NCBI GenBank assembly: GCA_963639885.1
Contig: CAVHXL010000001.1
Coordinates: 1-37,375, forward strand
Length of the DNA stretch: 37,375 nt
Source of the DNA: a bacterium
GTDB lineage: Bacteria > Actinomycetota > Coriobacteriia > Coriobacteriales > Eggerthellaceae
Direction: 5' to 3'
Each line of letters starts with the position of its first letter. Positions within the stretch are counted from its first letter, which is position 1. The notes beneath the pieces are model-generated. The model had not been told where the DNA came from and did not search any database. It saw only the letters and a program-made list of their open reading frames with translations. Positions 33,824 through 37,375 of this stretch are shown here, one piece after another. A program made the translations under genes and the position numbers.

Positions 33824-36800
33824 CTATAAACCAGCTGCCTCGGTTGCGGCGTCGCGAACAACCTGCGACACCGATGCCGTGCCGCCGAAGAACGTCACGC
33901 GGCCGATGCGGCTCGCGTTCTCGGAGATGAAGCCGCCCTCCTCCGCCGCCGCAAGGCCGTCGCCTTCATCCATCAGCACCATCGGGTTTTTCTGCATGCC
34001 CAGAAGCGGACCCGCCGTCAGCGCATCCCACGGCTTGGCGCCCGTCGCGACGCCGACTTCCTCGGACGTGAGCACGCCATCCTCGATACCATGCTGGGCG
34101 ATAACCTGGCTCGTCTCGTAACGGGTCGCGCCAGCCCAACGCTCGCACGTCAAGCCCAGGCGCGAGATCTGCTGCTCAACGGAGGCGGGCACCGATGCCT
34201 CGCCGCCCACGAGCACCACGCGGTCGAAATGACCCGAGACCAGACGCTGCAGAACCGACGCGGTAAGGCCCGATGCGGAATACGTGTCCACCAGGAACAA
34301 CGGGCTCTTCGACGCATACAGGTACGGAGACACCGAAAGCGAATCGGCGAACTTGGCGTTGTCGCCGCTCGCGATGAACGCCGTCTTGCCCCAGGACCCT
34401 TGACCCTCGTCGTAAATCTTCGTTGCCGTCTCGTAGCGCGTCTTGCCCTCCACGCGACGAACCGACACGTCCGGCACGAGCTCCCTGATCTGGTCGACGA
34501 CGTCGGCGGACACGGCCGCCTCGCCCCCAAGGACGATTACGCGCTTCGGGGCGGCGGAGGTAAGCGCATCGACGGATGCCTGCGGAAGCTCCTCGGCATC
34601 GGTGGTGATGATCGGACAGCTCTGCGTTCCCGCAAACCCGGCCGCGGCAAGCGCGTCGGGGAAGCTCGTGCCGCTTGTCACGATAACGGTCCTGACGCTG
34701 CCCCCTTCCAGCGCGCGCTGGGCGGCATACATCTCAACCGTCTGGCTCATGGTGTCGTAACGCGTCTCGCCCGCGTAGTTCATCACCGTCGTCTTGAACA
34801 TGGTCACGACATCGGCCGTCGTCGAGCCGTATACCGACTCGCCGTTAAGCGTGCCGAAGGGAACGACATGGTAGTAATACGGGGTCGAAACCTTCACGTC
34901 GGTATCGGCGAACTCGCAGACGCTCGAGTCGTCGGCCATGACGGTCCCGACCTTCTCCCAGCCATCCGCGCTCGCGCTGCCGGTCGCCCGATACACGTCG
35001 TAACCCGTAGCCGCAGGTGCGGGAAGCCACTGCACCTTCACCGCGTTGTCGGACGGCGAGGCGGTGATGCCATCGGGCACGGCGATCGGCTTGATCGAGA
35101 CGATCTTGCTGCCCCTCACCGTGGGGTCGACGGTGGAGGCGACGGTAACCTTCACAGTACCCTCTTGCAGGGCTGTTAGGACGCCGTCATCGGAGATGGT
35201 GGCAATGCCCGGCTTGTCAACGCTCCAGGTCCAGCCGGTGCCTTCCGCCGGGTCATCCGAACGGTTGGTGTAAAGCTCCGCGGAAAGACTCATCGATTCG
35301 GTCACATAGAACTCATCGGAGCCGCCCTTGATGTTCGCCCCGCGCAAAGTGCCTAGCATGGCCGCGGCGTCGATCTTGCCCCAGCCGTAGTACTGGTCCC
35401 AGCCCGGATCGCCTAGATCCTTCGCGGTCGAATACATGGTCGTCTTGGCGTCCTCAACCGACATTTCCGGCTGCGCGGCGAACAGCAGCGCGACAATCCC
35501 CGCCACCAGCGGGGAGGCCATCGACGTGCCCGATGCGCGCTTGGTGGCCGACTCGGAATTGATCCACGTGGAGAAAATGTTCACGCCCGGCGCCGAGATG
35601 TCCTTATATTTGTTGTAATCAGCCCAGGTTGCACGCTCGTCGGAAGACTGCAGCGCCACGACGGAGACGCATTCATCGTAGTCTCCCGGATAGGACGGTT
35701 GGGTGATCGGGTTGCCGTAGTCGTCACCATTGCCGCCGGCGCAAACGGTCATCACGCCAAGCTCGTTCATGTCCTGAATCTCTTTTTCGAAAGCGAGGTC
35801 GGTGGAATCGATGCTGCCGTAGCCGCCCAAGCTCATGTTGATGACGTGCAGATCCGTCAGCTCCCCATCATTGATAAGGCCCTTGAGGTACTGATACGCC
35901 TTGATCAGCGTCTCGGTCTTCGCATACCAATTGCCATCGCTCGTGCTGTAGTAGAACACGTTGACGGGCAGGATGTTGGCGTTATAGGACACACCGGCGA
36001 AATCAAGCCCGTTGTTCGCCTCCGCCGCGACGATGCCGGCGACATGCGTGCCATGCCCAGCGCCCTCGTCGGTGCGGCTCTCGGTCATGTGCTTGCCCTC
36101 TTCGGCATCGTAGGCATGCTCGGTATCGATGTTGTTCTTCAAGTCCTCATGCTCGAAATTGATGCCCGTATCGAGGATGGCCACCGTGACCGAGTTGTTC
36201 GCGCGGGACAGATCCCATGCATCGAACGCGTTCACGGAATACAGCCACCACTGGTTCACCTCGCTCGTGTTGTCGACGGGGTTGTTGGCATATGGGTCGT
36301 TGACCAGCGTCGTCATCGGGCTGGCGTCGGCTGCGCTGGCGGCGTCGGCCGCGCTGGCGGCGTCGGCTGCGCTGGCGGCGTCGGCGTTTGCGGTCTGAGC
36401 CCCAGCGGCATCGGCGGCATCCGCGGCAGTCACGTCACCGGCGGCAGAGTCCTGCGCCGCCGCGCCCTCGTCAACCAAATCGGCGCCTTCCACCAAGTGA
36501 TACAGGAAGTTCGGCTGCACGTATTCCACGCGCTGATCCTGGCTCATCTGATCGATGGCGTCCTCGACCGACACGCCGTCGTTCAATTCAACCTTGGCGA
36601 TGACCTGGTTCCCCTCATCGGAGACGATCTCCTGGCTCTTCGCCAGCGTTGACACCGCGCCAAGCTCATCGGCTTCCATGAGCGATGAAACCTTCGAGCG
36701 CGAATAGGCCTCGTCGTAAGCAACCAGCACTTCGCCCTCGATGTAGGTCTTGTAGCCATCGGGGCCTACCGCGGAAGAGCCCGAAGACCCCGTATCCGCG

Positions 36801-36940
36801 CCATTCGCGCCCACGCCCTCTGCCACAGCGGACGCATCATCCCGCTGTCTATCGCCGGCGAACGCGGCGGCGGGCGCAAGCCCGACCACGAGCACGACCG
36901 ACATCACGGCACGTATGGCCTTGTTTCCGAAATTCATCAT
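33824..36940 (-). CDS. Cell-wall-anchored S8 (subtilisin-like) serine peptidase with Ig-like, Fn3-like and CWB2 domains
   Basis: Catalytic motifs AILDTG, HGTHVAG, SGTSMASP; prodomain YVQPNF; signal peptide ends AAFA; three CWB2 repeats. Likely start 36937-36943 after AGGGGG. Confidence 0.95.
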   Translation of the reverse strand: MMNFGNKAIRAVMSVVLVVGLAPAAAFAGDRQRDDASAVAEGVGANGADTGSSGSSAVGPDGYKTYIEGEVLVAYDEAYSRSKVSSLMEADELGAVSTLAKSQEIVSDEGNQVIAKVELNDGVSVEDAIDQMSQDQRVEYVQPNFLYHLVEGADLVDEGAAAQDSAAGDVTAADAADAAGAQTANADAASAADAASAADAASAADASPMTTLVNDPYANNPVDNTSEVNQWWLYSVNAFDAWDLSRANNSVTVAILDTGINFEHEDLKNNIDTEHAYDAEEGKHMTESRTDEGAGHGTHVAGIVAAEANNGLDFAGVSYNANILPVNVFYYSTSDGNWYAKTETLIKAYQYLKGLINDGELTDLHVINMSLGGYGSIDSTDLAFEKEIQDMNELGVMTVCAGGNGDDYGNPITQPSYPGDYDECVSVVALQSSDERATWADYNKYKDISAPGVNIFSTWINSESATKRASGTSMASPLVAGIVALLFAAQPEMSVEDAKTTMYSTAKDLGDPGWDQYYGWGKIDAAAMLGTLRGANIKGGSDEFYVTESMSLSAELYTNRSDDPAEGTGWTWSVDKPGIATISDDGVLTALQEGTVKVTVASTVDPTVRGSKIVSIKPIAVPDGITASPSDNAVKVQWLPAPAATGYDVYRATGSASADGWEKVGTVMADDSSVCEFADTDVKVSTPYYYHVVPFGTLNGESVYGSTTADVVTMFKTTVMNYAGETRYDTMSQTVEMYAAQRALEGGSVRTVIVTSGTSFPDALAAAGFAGTQSCPIITTDAEELPQASVDALTSAAPKRVIVLGGEAAVSADVVDQIRELVPDVSVRRVEGKTRYETATKIYDEGQGSWGKTAFIASGDNAKFADSLSVSPYLYASKSPLFLVDTYSASGLTASVLQRLVSGHFDRVVLVGGEASVPASVEQQISRLGLTCERWAGATRYETSQVIAQHGIEDGVLTSEEVGVATGAKPWDALTAGPLLGMQKNPMVLMDEGDGLAAAEEGGFISENASRIGRVTFFGGTASVSQVVRDAATEAAGL
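36323..36385. repeat. Coding tandem repeat, 18-nt unit x3.5
   Basis: ggcgtcggc(t/c)gcgctggc at 36323, 36341 and 36359, partial at 36377; encodes ADAASA. Confidence 0.9.
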
Positions 36941-36983
36941 CACGCTTGTCCCCCTGATTCGTCCCTTGTCATTTGCATCGCCC

Positions 36984-37375
36984 CTATCGTTTTCCATTGA
37001 CTATCGCCTCGTTCAAGCTCGTCGCGAACCAAGAAGACACGCTTGCATCGCCGCCGAACAGGTACGCAACATCGATATCGCCCGCATAGGAGGAAACCCT
37101 CGTCAGCACGGCCCGCTCGTCATTCGGGTCGACGAGCACCAGGGTGCTCTTCGCAGACCCGTTGACCGCCGAGCCCGAAAGGGCGTCGGCGAAGTTCGCG
37201 CCGGTAGCGAAAGCCGCATGCGCGACGGTGAACCCGCTGCCGCTTTCCGCCGAGGTCAGCCATGCGTTCACCTCATCATTGGTTTCGTAGCGAGTGCTAC
37301 CGGCCAAGCGCTCGACCGCATCGGCGCCCTCGGCGTCGCGCAGCTCGCTTTCCGTCGCGTCGCTTACAACCGCAT
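36984..37375 (-). CDS. CWB2 (cell wall binding repeat 2) protein, C-terminal part only
   Basis: Frame open to the right edge: VSDATESEL..VERLAGSTRYETN..ATGANFADALSG..YLFGGDASVS. Confidence 0.88.
   Translation of the reverse strand, partial: AVVSDATESELRDAEGADAVERLAGSTRYETNDEVNAWLTSAESGSGFTVAHAAFATGANFADALSGSAVNGSAKSTLVLVDPNDERAVLTRVSSYAGDIDVAYLFGGDASVSSWFATSLNEAIVNGKR

Overview
High-GC bacterial DNA, most consistent with Coriobacteriia/Eggerthellaceae (inferred from GC content, a Tat lipoprotein, an AKTGD sorting signal and CWB2 repeats). All credible genes lie on the minus strand. In transcription order (right to left): a partial CWB2 protein; a CWB2-anchored S8 subtilase; a ~2680-aa CWB2 surface protein; a tightly coupled operon (membrane-anchored Ig-like protein, 1632-aa CWB2/LRR protein, lipoprotein, Tat-exported class III binding protein, MotA/TolQ/ExbB-family protein, DUF2149 protein, FecCD-type permease, ATPase); two glycosyltransferases; and a second operon (sortase-anchored protein, two paralogous membrane-anchored proteins, a YtrC/D-like permease fused to an ectodomain, a YtrB-like ATPase, a partial secreted protein). 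The most notable signal is a candidate TonB-less, ion-motor-assisted metal or cofactor capture system in a monoderm. Supporting observations are four consecutive proteins sharing an Ig-like domain with a six-cysteine insert, four copies of a molybdopterin-oxidoreductase-like domain in three surface proteins, and a promoter/leader design shared by two distant transcription units. Family calls come from motif recognition by eye; no searches were run. No RNA genes, mobile elements or CRISPR arrays were found.
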